Positions 26,674 to 39,790 are shown, numbered from the stretch's first letter. The stretch is 64,000 nucleotides of DNA from Octopus bimaculoides (GCF_001194135.2 NC_068982.1:119851826-119915825), one strand, 5' to 3'. Program-made: numbers and translations. Notes: generated from the letters alone by a model not told the origin.

Positions 26674-27389
26674 NNNNNNNNNNNNNNNNNNNNNNNNNNN
26701 NNNNNNNNNNNNNNNNNNNNNNNNNNNNNNNNNNNNNNNNNNNNNNNNNNNNNNNNNNNNNNNNNNNNNNNNNNNNNNNNNNNNNNNNNNNNNNNNNNNN
26801 NNNNNNNNNNNNNNNNNNNNNNNNNNNNNNNNNNNNNNNNNNNNNNNNNNNNNNNNNNNNNNNNNNNNNNNNNNNNNNNNNNNNNNNNNNNNNNNNNNNN
26901 NNNNNNNNNNNNNNNNNNNNNNNNNNNNNNNNNNNNNNNNNNNNNNNNNNNNNNNNNNNNNNNNNNNNNNNNNNNNNNNNNNNNNNNNNNNNNNNNNNNN
27001 NNNNNNNNNNNNNNNNNNNNNNNNNNNNNNNNNNNNNNNNNNNNNNNNNNNNNNNNNNNNNNNNNNNNNNNNNNNNNNNNNNNNNNNNNNNNNNNNNNNN
27101 NNNNNNNNNNNNNNNNNNNNNNNNNNNNNNNNNNNNNNNNNNNNNNNNNNNNNNNNNNNNNNNNNNNNNNATATATACACACACACACACACAGAAAGAC
27201 AGAGAGAGAGAGAGACAGAGAGACAGACATACGGACAGTTAGATATGTATGTATATGCGTGTATATATATATATATACACACATACCTGTATATGTGGGT
27301 ATGTGGGTATATATATGTGTATGTGTGTGTATATATGTATATACATATGTGTGTGTATGTGTGTATGCATGTATGCAGGGATGTATGTT

Positions 27390-28600
27390 GCTGGTTTTGA
27401 TTGCATAACCTTCAGTTGAGGATAACCTGAAGCGATTCCCAGAAACATTTATTCTGTTTGCCCTGCAGTGATGTTTTCCAGTTTTACATGTCATAGTTGA
27501 TGGACTTTGTTAATGTTGTTGATGGTTTATTCATATGCAGTGTCCCTAATATTCCAAAGTGATGTTTTCAATGAAACGCTTTTGATTAAACAGTCCATGT
27601 CATGCTAAGTTTATTTTCCCGTCTTTGATAAATGCTGGTTTAACAATTGCTGCTCTTTAAAATCTTGCATCCCTTTCCGACACTGCTGCTCCGCTCCTAG
27701 TAAACTATTATTATTTTCCGGGTGAGCTGTCATTATGCTATAGAATACAGATGTAACGAATTGTATGTCGTTGCGAAACACATCATACGTCGGCAGTTTT
27801 GCAGAGCCTCTTGTGGTTATCTCTTTTCGGAATCAATATAGTTTTGCAATCTAGTAACAATTCTAGTGTTAACTCTGGTCCCTTTATAAATTCAGTGAAT
27901 ATTGTTAAAATAAATGAATAATAGTTACGTATTTCAACAAGTGTTTAGGATGCTTCGTTAATTCTGGGAACTTTCCGGCTGCTTGCAGTTTTACTACGTT
28001 AAATTCCTTGCTTGTTTTGCTCCGTCATGCTTGCTGCGTTATTGCAATTTCTTACACTATTTCCCTTCAAATCCATTCTGCATTTTGATTCTTTTGAATG
28101 CTGTTTTTCCATATTTTCATTCAATATGTTTTATCTGCTACCAATGCTGCTGCAGCATCAAGTTGTTTTCCATTCCTTTCTGTGTTTTTGCTTTGTATTT
28201 ATTGCCTCCTCATAAACTGTTGGTATTGATTCAGATACATTGTTCTTCTGCAAGAAGAGGTCCATGCTTTCGAAATGTCTTACAAGTCTTTGTTGATAGG
28301 ATCTTCTTATGTATTTCATTGTCGTCCAGGATACGTACGTTAGCATTGACGTCATATTTTCCGACAAAATCAAGCGTTTGCACTTTTAAATATATTATAC
28401 CTCCCTCTTATCCATTTTGATATGTAATCCAACATTTCGTCGCTTTTTTTCTTTTATTTCTTGTTTCTTTTTCAAATTTTAAAGGGAATGTTCTCATTGT
28501 ACGTTTTGTGAAGTTTAGTATTCAATAATATTAAGACTCCTAATTATCGAAGAAAACCGTTCATTGTGTTGGCACTGAAGTTTGTTTCTTTCGTAGAGCT
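27390..28600 (-). mobile_element. Degenerate R4/Dong-like non-LTR element (pre-RT and early RT)
   Basis: Minus-strand motifs in order: RLVRHFE..FLQKNN, KIWKNSIQKNQNAEWI, QAAG, CKTILIPKRDN, QQCRKG..FKEQ. Confidence 0.7.
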
Positions 28601-28649
28601 ACATATTTGAAATTACCTACGGTAACGATTTCTATTTATACAGGTTTGT

Positions 28650-30960
28650 TTGAATTTGTCCTTAAGAATTTCAATTTTTGTTTCTTACCGATAGATTTTC
28701 GAAAAAAAAACTTGTATCTTATTGTGCAGTGATAGATGTAATCGACTGATACCCGCCATCAAAATTACTGTCGTAAATTGGACACCATCAATATTAGGGC
28801 ACTGAATTGGCAGAATCACCGAAGCATCTGGAAAGCATGTTTCAGTGATTTCTTTGATATTTCTAACCACATCAAATAGTTTTACCTTACGATGCACAAC
28901 ATACCTTTTCAACCCATAAATTTCAGATTTGATGGTATGGTATATTCTGCATTTAACAAACCTCTTCTGTTGTTTCTTCTCAGAAAACAGATTGCCTTGA
29001 TAAAATCATCTCGATGTAGTTTTTATATCAAGCACCTTCTTTCGTATTCATTGGAGTGGAGAATTTCTCGCTCATTTCCTTTTCCATTACCTCATTATCC
29101 AAGAGCAACCACGGCTATATATACTCTTCATTATCCTTCAGCGATCTAGTTATCTTATCGTATATATATCCTATCAGAGGTACTCTTTGGATTTCCCTTC
29201 ATAACATCATAATTAAATTGTACACTTTTTCATTCCAAACTCTTACTAATATTCTCTTTATTGTTTTATTTTATCTTCGGTGTATAGTTTCAAATCATCA
29301 TTGTTTATTAGGCTATATATTTTCTCCCTGGTCTTAGCAAGCTTTTAAGTAATTCTGGAATTTCATATTATTATTGTCAAAGTTATCATCACAATCATGA
29401 AAAGTAATCGAGAAGGCAAATTTTCCTGAAACATTACTCTATTAATTTTCCTAATTTTTTTCTTCCACACTTTGCTTCTATTTCCTCCGATTTCAATATT
29501 TTTCTGGAAAAATTGCTATTTTTCTCATGGATTAAAGTGTCCTGACCCAATCCAAATGTAAGCTTCCTGGAATATTATTGTATGTTGTCTTATTTATTAT
29601 TCGTACATCACATCTTGCAATTGATGGACAATATATCAGCAGTTCTCCTAGTCTTTTTTCAGTATTTTTTTCGATCTTTTTTCTTCCCCAGAAAGCTAAG
29701 CAATTTAATCGCTTTAAGAATAGTTAACCATTTCCCGCGCAATGATAGTAAGCATATAATAGGCCTGTATTTACTGGCCTTCCCTATCTTTCCCTTTATC
29801 TTTCCCTATTAGCACTCATTGTCTTTTCGATTATCAGACATTGCTATTGATCCATTTTCAATTCAATCAATAGGATCGGTCTTAAATACTTATACTTAAT
29901 TGTAAGATTTTAAGACTAGAATCCCGGACTACCATCAGATTCAGTAGCTTCCCAATTTGATTTTTGTGAAGCAGCTTTTCTAATGTTTTTCTCTATAATA
30001 TTTATATTATTTTGTTTTTTTTACATCTTTTCTATATCTGTTTGAATCTCACGTGCATATTCTGCTTCTTTATTGTCTTTAATACTCTTGTTCTAATATA
30101 TGAATGTTCCACAACGCTATAGTATTTTTAATATGATTCTCCTGATGTTCAGTTTCATTGTTTAGCTGTTGATAAAATTCTTTCTGGAAGCGCGGCTCTG
30201 CTGGTACTGATATGTTTTGCTTGTCTCGAGTATTTTTACATGACTCAACAGTCTGTAACATTCTTATCTGTTTTTATATTTCATTCTGAAATTCTGTATT
30301 ACTTTAATCTTTAGTCGTCTTACTTTATTTGCCTTCCATTTAGCTTTCCTAGATATCTTGAATTGCAACTACCTTTACTACCATGGGTCTTTGCAGCATT
30401 TTTCCCGCTCAACTTTTAATTCCATGAACTTTGACAGTAACTGTCGTTTACATCAGTTATATTCACGGTTTTTGATTTTCCCTAATAGTTTATTCAGTCT
30501 CTATACTGTTTTCTGTAGTTTTTCACTTTCAAATAAATCCTCTTATAATTGATACCCACGTTCCGTTCCTAAAACCTGGCTCATTTTAAAGTTGAAGCAA
30601 TTTTCTTCGTTTTCTATTATACCTTTTCTCTATATGAAGTAAAACATTATTACTCTCACTGATACGTGTTTTCTCCTATGATTCATTGATCGTTCTACTT
30701 CTACTGCTTGTTCCATTTCATCAACTGTGTATCCATACTTTTCATCACTCACTATTCTGTTCCACAAGCTTTAGTGAGTCATTACTTTCTTATGTTTTTT
30801 TTTTTTAAATATTTAGACATCTTTGTTTTGTGACACAGAAAATATCAATGTCTATCCATATTATTTCGTAGATATATTGCATCTATATTAAATTTGAGAT
30901 GTTGATTCAGCATGCAGATTTTTGTTTTCTAATATTGTCGTGTACTTAGGTGTTCAATTT
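28650..30960 (-). mobile_element. Old, near-full-length R4/Dong-like non-LTR element
   Basis: Minus-strand motifs in order: VTKQR, NKLLGKIKTVNIT, KDPW, FQKEFYQQLN, SNWEATESDG (like NWKAPGPDG), SKYRPIICL, NNDDLKLY (like MDDLKLY), FGMKKC, RRGLLNAE (like GGRGL). Confidence 0.78.
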
Positions 30961-31355
30961 TGTATATGCTTCAAACCGTTTGTAGTTTATCTATTGTGCT
31001 TGTAATTTTCACTAATTTCACGAAAAGCATTTATTAACTGGGAACTTTATTTCAATTGATAGGGTAAAACTTGCCTTTCATCTTTCCACTATTGATAAAA
31101 TGGTATTGAATATTCCACTCCTTTAAAAAAACAAATTGACTTTTCCTTCTCGTTAATGAACGATTACTATTCTCATAATTCTAAGTTCGTGGGTGTGACA
31201 TATTAGTGACATGCCGAATAATTAAAGAGTTTGTGTATTAATTAGGTTGTAATAAATTCCGCCAAAACAACTTTCAATTCTTTCCTTCCAGATTACATAC
31301 TGGGCTTCATCGAAACTACACTCGTATTTTTCTACAGTATTCTAACCCTGTATTA

Positions 31356-31401
31356 ATGTGGAAAGTCATTATCACCAGCGTCTTAATTATTCAGAGTTAC
31401 G
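31356..31401 (+). CDS. Candidate signal-peptide exon MWKVIITSVLIIQSY(G), phase-1 donor
   Basis: Acceptor tttttctacag ends at 31337; ATG at 31356; donor ACG|GTACAA is weak; no homology support. Confidence 0.2.
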
Positions 31402-32091
31402 GTACAATATTTGCAAATAACGCTGAAATGTTAAATATTTTCTATTTGATTAACTCTTCTTATTTTGAGATATTCTATATGGTTCATTCTTCTATTATTA
31501 ATTTCTTTGAACAGAAAATGTTTTTCTTCGTTGTTCAGGCGCTGCATTGAATTAAGTATAATGACTGATTGAGTTTGGTCGTTGGTTAAGGGAGATTAAG
31601 ATCTTTGGAAAACGGCAATGGCGACATAGTTCTGGGTCGATATTAGTTGATGATACTTGAGAATCGTTACATAATTACTCTCTAATGATACACACATATT
31701 AATCATTAAGTTTAATCAAATGTATTCTTCTTTAACCGTGCAAAAACCTTTATTGTTTTTTTTTCCCTGAAAAAAAAAGAGATTGCTGAAATAATTTGGG
31801 AATTATTTCTTATTAAGAAATATATGTCCCTTATATAAGAACTATCAGATAATTATATATTTCGTTTGCAATCTGGAATTGTTTCTAACTTATATATCAT
31901 ACTTTAACATAGATGCATAAATGAATTCATAGATGCGCACGCTCGAATACACAAGCACACAAACAAACACACACACACACACANNNNNNNNNNNNNNNNN
32001 NNNNNNNNNNNNNNNNNNNNNNNNNNNNNNNNNNNNNNNNNNNNNNNNNNNNNNNNNNNNNNNNNNNNNNNNNNNNNNNNNNNNNNNNNNN

Positions 32092-32131
<40 letters not shown>

Positions 32132-32601
32132 ATTCGTATTCATTTTTTTATAAGTTATAATTTCCTTTCGCAACAAGGAAACAAAGCAGGAAACTCGATA
32201 ACAAAACTGTTACATGTTAAATGTTAGAAATGTCTTACATAGCTATACTGTTCCAGTCTAAAGATTGGGTTTGAAAAATACATGTCAGGAGATGACTTTG
32301 CTTGCCAACACTAAATACCATAAATCTTGTAAGTCTACATAGCGAAGAAGCAACATCCGGAACCAAATGTGGTTTAATTTCATCATTTGTCCTAATCTCA
32401 ACAACACTACAATGTTTAATAATTAACCTAAGGTAAATTTTTAGACACCTTGGATGATTTTATTTTACTCTTTGTTCCGTTACGTTACGTATTTACTGAG
32501 GAACCTATTCGGAATTTTTTTTTTTAAATCACCAAACTTACATGTGTCCATGATACAAAATTTATCATTTCTATTCCTGTGTCAATACTTCTTATATTCA
32601 A

Positions 32602-32820
32602 AGGCGGTGAGCTGCTACAATCGTTAGCACGCCGGGCGAAATGCTTAGCAGTATTTCGTCTGTTTTTACGTTCTGAGTTCTAATTCCGCCGAGGTCAACT
32701 TTGTCTTTCATCCTTTCGGGGTTGATAAATTAAGTACAAGTTGCGTACTGGAGGTCGATCCTATCGACTGGCCCCGCTACAAAAATGTCGGACCGTGTGC
32801 CTAGCGTTGAAAAAAAAGAT
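32602..32820 (+). mobile_element. SINE family A, copy 1 of a tandem pair
   Basis: ggcggtgagctg...gttctgagttctaattccgcc...gtgcctagcgttgaaaa. Confidence 0.92.
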
Positions 32821-32835
32821 ACTTCTTAAATTCAA

Positions 32836-33045
32836 AGGTGGTGAGCTGGCAGAATCGTTAGCACGCCGGGAAAAATGCTTAGCGGTATTTCGTCTGTCTT
32901 TACGTTCTGAGTTCAAATTCCACCGACGTCGAATTTGCCTTTCATTCTTTCGGAGTCGATAACTTAAGTACTAGTTGCGTACTGGGGACGATCTAATCGA
33001 CTAGCCCCCTCCCTATAAAATTCGAGCTTTGAATATAAAAGAATA
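32836..33045 (+). mobile_element. SINE family A, copy 2 of a tandem pair
   Basis: ggtggtgagctggcagaatcgttagc...gagttcaaattcc...aaaagaat. Confidence 0.92.
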
Positions 33046-33977
33046 CTTCTAAATTTCAAGTAACAGAATTAGTCATATTTTTACTTTGAATCCAATGGAC
33101 GTTTTCTCGTAGAAACGATTGAATTTCGGCGAAGAGGTAACAGAATTTACTAATATTAGAGCAATATGTACAACGAAAGAGAAACTTCTATCGGCAAACA
33201 TGAAACAAGGAACCGTATATCACATGGAAAGAAAACCCAGTATTTTAACCCAGTTGTCTATGGGGTGAAGTGCCTTTTACGTAAAATTTTACTATCATTG
33301 AATGATAACAAAGGAAAAAGTTATATCACTTATTTCCTAAATTGACTCTTCCGATAGTTGAAGATTTATTTACTATATTACAACGGTTACTTGATAGACG
33401 GAGTAAAGTTCAACATTATGGCATGATAGTTTAGTAGACTGAAGTGGTGCCCTGCCAGAGTCACGGGCGAAGTCAATCGATTGAATGTGGTGATAATAAA
33501 ATACTGAAAATATATGAGTATGCGATATTTACAAAAGGTCAACAATCGATGATGCACTGAAAATAAAGCTTACTGAAATTTGCCATTAATATATCCGATG
33601 TCTTCTGATGGACGTATCACTGTCTCTCTTTTCATATACTTTATGAAAACCTGTCAGCTTAAACATTCACATATACAGATAGAGTAGAAGAGACAAGAGA
33701 CAGAGAGACAAATTACTAAAGATAGATAAATCGATATATCTTTGTATTCATACATATGATAATGTTGGTGTGCATTTGTTTATATACATTCACATATGTG
33801 TTCGTGTGTGTGCGCGTGAGTGCGTGCGTGCATGCATGTATATATAAACACATATGCATATGCATACATGAGCTTATCCATTTCACACATGTATATATAT
33901 ATTGATATACGTATATGATCATATATATATATATATATATATTACGTGTGTGTGGGTAGGTGTGTGTACATACATAT

Positions 33978-34063
<86 letters not shown>

Positions 34064-36349
34064 TGGGGTGCGTGTATACGTGAACTTATTTATAAATGCA
34101 TATGTATATGCACACACACACATATATATATAGATATGTAAATACATGTGTGTGTGCGTGTCTCTATTGTCTCTTGTCTGTTGTTTGTTTGTTCTACTTC
34201 ATCTGTTTCTCTTCTCCTTTCTCATACATACAAAATAGTTTTACAATGCTTAAGTGGCAGCAGGCGAGAAGGAGGTCAAATAAAGCCAATCGACCAATGA
34301 ACTTTGTATTAAAAGAAATAAATCAAACGTTGAACGTTGAGTAAAATCTGATGCAAAAAAATCCCCCTCACCGCTTCGTATGAATGAGTCACCAACCTTA
34401 TTGAAACCTACAAGATTGTTTTTAGATTTTAGCTTGTTCAAGATATAAATAAAAATGGGATATACAAATTTATATATCTGTCTACATATGATGACGCATC
34501 GCGGGTTCCAAATTTACACATACCTGAGCCATTGGAGATGCGTGTTACGTGATCATTAAATATCTATAATACGCACACTACAGACTTAAACCTGATAATA
34601 CGAAGAATATGATGCCAGAGATCCCCAAAAGACGCGTTGAACATAGTTTTCATGCTTATGATCATATGTTTGTTCAATCAGATTTTGACCTTGACTCATA
34701 CAAAAAATGTTGCAAGAAACACCAAAAGTGATGCCCGAGCTATGTTTATAGTGACAACCATCGGTTTGGCCACTACTTGAATTTCAAATCAACACGCAAT
34801 GACATGTTTGGCAGTTTAGAGTCTGGTTTCTTATATTTTGTTTTCAGAATACCACTGACGTAACATCTTTCATCATGTGGGGACGATATACCAGTTTGGT
34901 AGTGGAGTGGTGGAATCGTTATTGGGTTGTATGAGCTGCCTTAAATTATTCGTAGCAGCTCTTTGCTTTCAGAGTTCATTGTTGGAACGTTTAAATGCCT
35001 CTCGATTTAACACTCTGCTTGATCCTTAGGGTTTCTAGTGAAGTTCACTTTATTGCATGTATTCGAACCAGTTCTACGATTTTGAAGAGACTTTCATCCA
35101 CCCCACTTCTAATTACATCGTAGCCGCTGGAAAAGTACATGGACATTGCCTATTTTAGTTCGCATGCTTCGCTCATTAATTTGCTTAATCACGACTGAAC
35201 TGTGGCTAAAGTAAACAACAGTAACAAATGATACTATGTTAAAGATATACTATGTATTACAAAAGAAAATAGAACAACAACATCACCTTCAAACCGTGAT
35301 ACTTAATAGACGTAAACCGAAATACAATAAAATTGTGTTGTTTCTGCTCGTCGCTATTCACTGCTGACCGATCAGGCTTTCAAACTACGGCATTCCATTT
35401 TAACCATCACGTACTAACCATCAAGCACTACGTTATCCAATGCGACCTTTCTTTTCAAGTCAGGTCTCTCCGAATTTATAATGACCACCAGCATTTCATG
35501 CACAATTCAGTAGGGTAGATAATCCTATTTGCCGATTGCAACTGTATGTTAACAATCGAAACCATAATTCTGCAATAGATTAGACTTTAAGATTTCGAAA
35601 GTTATCATAAATAATTCTTCAAACAGCAGTATGATGAGAACGTAGAAACTTTGGATTAAAGAACTTACAGTATTCAAATTTTTCAGCTAGTATTCTGAAG
35701 TGAAATCCTTGTTGTATCCCTTAAATAGGATATTCCGTTATCCCCAAAATTAATTTCTGGTGAAGAACTAGGGTCGAGTTGCTCTTGGAGAGCCATTTCC
35801 AGTGTTTGTATAAGAATTCATCAACACTGTCAGTATTATGTTGTTATTGTTTGGCCCCAGGTCTGCAGAGCTGTGATCAAAGCACTCGAACCGTGACCAT
35901 ACTGCCTGCTCTAGATCTAACCAATGTGTTCTAGCTTTGAGAATGGGACTAGGATATGATTTGAAGGATTTCAGTAACAATTTATAAAAAGTTGAGTGAC
36001 CGTAAGTGTACAGGTATTCTCATTCTTTTGTTTCTCGCTTAATCAATTGTTCCGGTTTTTCTCAAAGATAATGTTTAAACGTTGTCGAAGATTGAAAATC
36101 TGTTTCAGATTATAATATAATATATTGCTGGTAACGATATGTAATTACCATAAAATCTATGTTAGATGGAATAATTTGTACAAAGCCAAAGTAACTAGAG
36201 GTATGTCGTTACATCACGTTACATAAATTCATATCTCACTGAGGTCGACTTTGCTTTTCAACATTACAGGTTCGATTTAAAGTGTACGTGAAATTTACAC
36301 AAAGAAGCACCTTACACAAAAGTATTTGTCAATGTATCTATCTCAGGAT

Positions 36350-36830
36350 GGCGGCGAGCTGGCAGAAACGTTAGCACGCCGGGCGAAATGCTTAGCGGTA
36401 TTTACGAAAATCCGCCGACATCCACTTTGCCTTTCATCCTTTTGGGGTCGATAAATTAAGTACCAGTTACGCACTGGGGTCGACGTAATCGACTTAATCC
36501 GTTTGTCTGTCTTTGTTTGTCCCCTCTGTNNNNNNNNNNTCATCCTTTTGGGGTCGATAAATTAAGTACCAGTTACGCACTGGGGTCGACGTAATCGACT
36601 TAATCCGTTTGTCTGTCTTTGTTTGTCCCCTCTGTGTGTGGCCCCTTTTGGGCAGTAAAGAAATAAGAATTTCGTCGTCTTTACGTACTGAGTTCAAATT
36701 ACGCCGAGGTCAACTTTTCCTTTCATCCTTCGGGGTCGATAAATTAAGTACCAGTTGCGTACTGGGGTCGATCTAATCGACTGGCCCCCTCTCCCAAAAT
36801 TTCGGGTCTTGTGCCTAGAGTAGAAAATAA
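36350..36830 (+). mobile_element. Composite SINE: head, B body and tail, then the remainder of an A copy
   Basis: B tail ends at 36669; A body runs 36670-36830; TSD aatgtatctatc at 36331 and 36829; includes a 96-bp duplication across a 10-N gap. Confidence 0.9.
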
Positions 36831-37652
36831 TGTATCTATCGTATGACTTTCTTTATAAATGTCATAGTAAACAGTAAAGATTCCAATTTCGCAAAAGAAT
36901 TAGTTTTGATTAAAAGCATTACAATTGAGTTTGCTCAATGCTATTCCTGATAGACTTCTAAAATAATACCCGTCATACACAGCATAGATTTAATGGACTT
37001 GATGCATTCCTTCGCAAAACCAGGTCACGTGTCTATCCAACAGCGATCAGAGCTCATATTTTCCCCCACTTTCCCTGTCAGGCCAATATTTTCTTTCTTT
37101 GCCATCCGCCTAATCTATACTTAATAATCCTTCCGTGATGCAAGCTCTATACAACTTCGAGACAGATTAGATGTTTGGACTGGTTCACCATATGTGCACC
37201 ACCCACATAACTATTTATGTTAGCGCAGTTTGGTATGTTAATAATATTTTAATAGACTATCTCGTTTTATTGTGCTTCAAACGGACATTTCCGATATCGA
37301 ATATCACAGATAGATATACTATGTCTGATATTGTCAATTCAATGAACAAATGATATTGATGAGAAAGAATTGATATTATATTTCTTTCAGTACACATTTA
37401 GGTTGCCTTTATCAATACGATAGGATATCCACTTCCTATTTGATTCATGTATCGATCACGAATTACTCACTATTGGTCTATTAATTCATGCATGCATGCA
37501 AGTTTATATACATACGTATATATGCGTACAGATGCGCTTGCACGTATATATANNNNNNNNNNNNNNNNNNNNNNNNNNNNNNNNNNNNNNNNNNNNNNNN
37601 NNNNNNNNNNNNNNNNNNNNNNNNNNNNNNNNNNNNNNNNNNNNNNNNNNNN

Positions 37653-37697
<45 letters not shown>

Positions 37698-38810
37698 CAT
37701 TCACCCTCAATACATTTCTGATACTGCTATGCTATATTGAATAACGTGTTGTTTCGAAGCTATAAAACTTGAAATAAAATTAAATATAACTACACCTAGA
37801 CTCTGCAAAAGAATTTGCAGAGAACCAATGAAATATGAGTAAATTAACTTAAACGTTGACAGATATTATTAGTTGAACGTGTAATGAAAGATGGCGGTTA
37901 TGAATGTAAGTTACATAGAACAAAATCACATTGGCTAGATAAATCATGGATTATATACATACATACAGAGGACCACACATATACATATGTGTGTGTGTCT
38001 AGGTATGTATGTATATACACGTATATATTTATACATACATACATGTATATATATATATATATATGTGTGTGTGTTGTGTATGTGTGTGTATAAATTCATA
38101 CGTATTTATGAATGTATATGTCTCTTCCTATATATATGTGTGTGTATCTATATATATGTGTGTGTGTATGTGTGCAGATATGCACGCACACATACACACA
38201 CAGACTCATACACATATATATTGAGAGAGAGAGGGAGAGGAGAAGGAGGAGAAGAGAGAGAAGACCAAAAATTATGCTTCAAAATATGAAATATTTTGTT
38301 TATATCTATTTGTTACGTTTTCTTTCTCTCAATATTTTTCTGAAGATAGATTGGTCCTTATGAGAAAGAATGCTTTAATATTTTACTTGTTTTTGTTAGT
38401 TCGTTTTTTCCCCATGTTTTTGCCATTATTTGTATTTATTGATTGTTATGTTGGTTGATATTGTTGCTGACATTGCAGTTAGAGTTATTTTATTTTTCAT
38501 CATGATTTCTGTTTTTCACATGTAAATTCTGACTTTTTATTTGATGCTTGTATTTCCTTGTTATTGTTGTTGTTGCTGTTGTTTTTTATTGTTTTATTGT
38601 GTTTTTTTTTTGTGGTGTCGTTGGTTGCAGCGGTAACGTTATTGCCGATATTATTGTTGTTGTCTCATCGTTTTGTGGTTTGCTTTTATATTTTATTTAA
38701 GAAAAGGAAAGCAAGTAGAAGTCAAGACTGTGTTATGAAAACCGTTCCCAGAACGTTCAAAACTGAGAATATTTGCTTCTGTGACTTTAATAGTTTTTCA
38801 ATATTTTCAG

Positions 38811-38929
38811 TTTCTGAAATTCCGCTAACAATTGAATCCAATGACAGAGAAATTAAAAACGAAAATTTAAATTCTGACAAAGAATACTTTTCGAATATGG
38901 CGTCAAAACTTCTAAGACATCTGTGGTGA
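38811..38929 (+). CDS. Candidate last coding exon (V)SEIPLTIESNDREIKNENLNSDKEYFSNMASKLLRHLW*
   Basis: Strong acceptor tttttcaatattttcag| at 38810; only the phase-1 frame is open; possible 172-nt intron 38926-39097; AATAAA at 39254; no recognised homolog. Confidence 0.3.
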
Positions 38930-39275
38930 ATACAGCAGAGGAAATGGTAGGCTCCAAGCGATTCAACACTACCATATGTATTTGATTACCCGTTAAAGTC
39001 AGTTCACTTCATCTTGTACTGTTAATGCTCTTCAGAAAGCATGATCCTAAAATATTTCATTTAAATCATTTTACATTATATAACTACTTTCTTACAGGTG
39101 AATGGAAAACATTATATCATAATGCAGAATTATTATTGGGACTGTGGCGTTTCTTTGTACAGAAACTATGATAATCGTAACTAGAAAATCGTCATCAAGT
39201 AGAGTGGTAAATAATTCTCCGACCGCAACATTACAAATGTTGTGTCACAGACGAATAAAAAGTAAATCTGATTAG

Positions 39276-39304
39276 TTCTCTCTCTTTCTATCTCTCTATC
39301 TCCC

Positions 39305-39335
<31 letters not shown>

Positions 39336-39365
39336 CCCTCTCTCTCTTTCCTTCTCTCTCCTCTC
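39276..39365. repeat. Degenerate (CT)n microsatellite
   Basis: Read directly from the sequence. Confidence 0.9.
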
Positions 39366-39549
39366 TTGTTGTTTCCCTTTTTCTAACTATTTCTCTTTTT
39401 CTCCCGCTCTTTCTGTCTCTTTCACCATTCCCTTCTCTCTTTACAACTGCTTTCCTCTCCGAACGAAAATTTTCGAACCATGCCTATCTAAACAAGCTCA
39501 TTACTCCCGCTCAAACATCTGCTTTCTTTGTTTCTCATGTCCCATTCCA

Positions 39550-39790
39550 AATAAACCACACTGAACACGTTGACAAATAATTTATTCTAAGTGCTAAGAA
39601 GCTGAGAAACCCGCAAATCCCTAAGTGTTTATTGATGCTTTGCATTAGGCGAGATTGATTTTGATCGTCGCTCTGCTCGATCAAATCTCGCCTAATGCAA
39701 AGCATCAATAAACACTTAGGGATTTGCGGGTTTCTCAGCTTCTTAGCACTTAGAATAAATTATTTGTCAACGTGTTCAGTGTGGTTTATT
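39550..39790. repeat. Perfect 107-bp inverted repeat with a 27-nt spacer
   Basis: 39550-39656 is the exact reverse complement of 39684-39790, compared base by base. Confidence 0.97.

Noticed and set aside
32602-32680. tRNA-like A/B boxes in SINE heads
   Set aside because: No full cloverleaf; they are part of dispersed SINEs rather than tRNA genes
34848-34935. Strong acceptor then NTTDVTSFIMWGR, Wamide-like
   Set aside because: Weak donors, not phase-compatible with the other candidates, and a single short motif
36434-36635. Identical 96-bp direct repeat
   Set aside because: The copies sit on either side of a 10-N gap, the signature of an unmerged contig overlap
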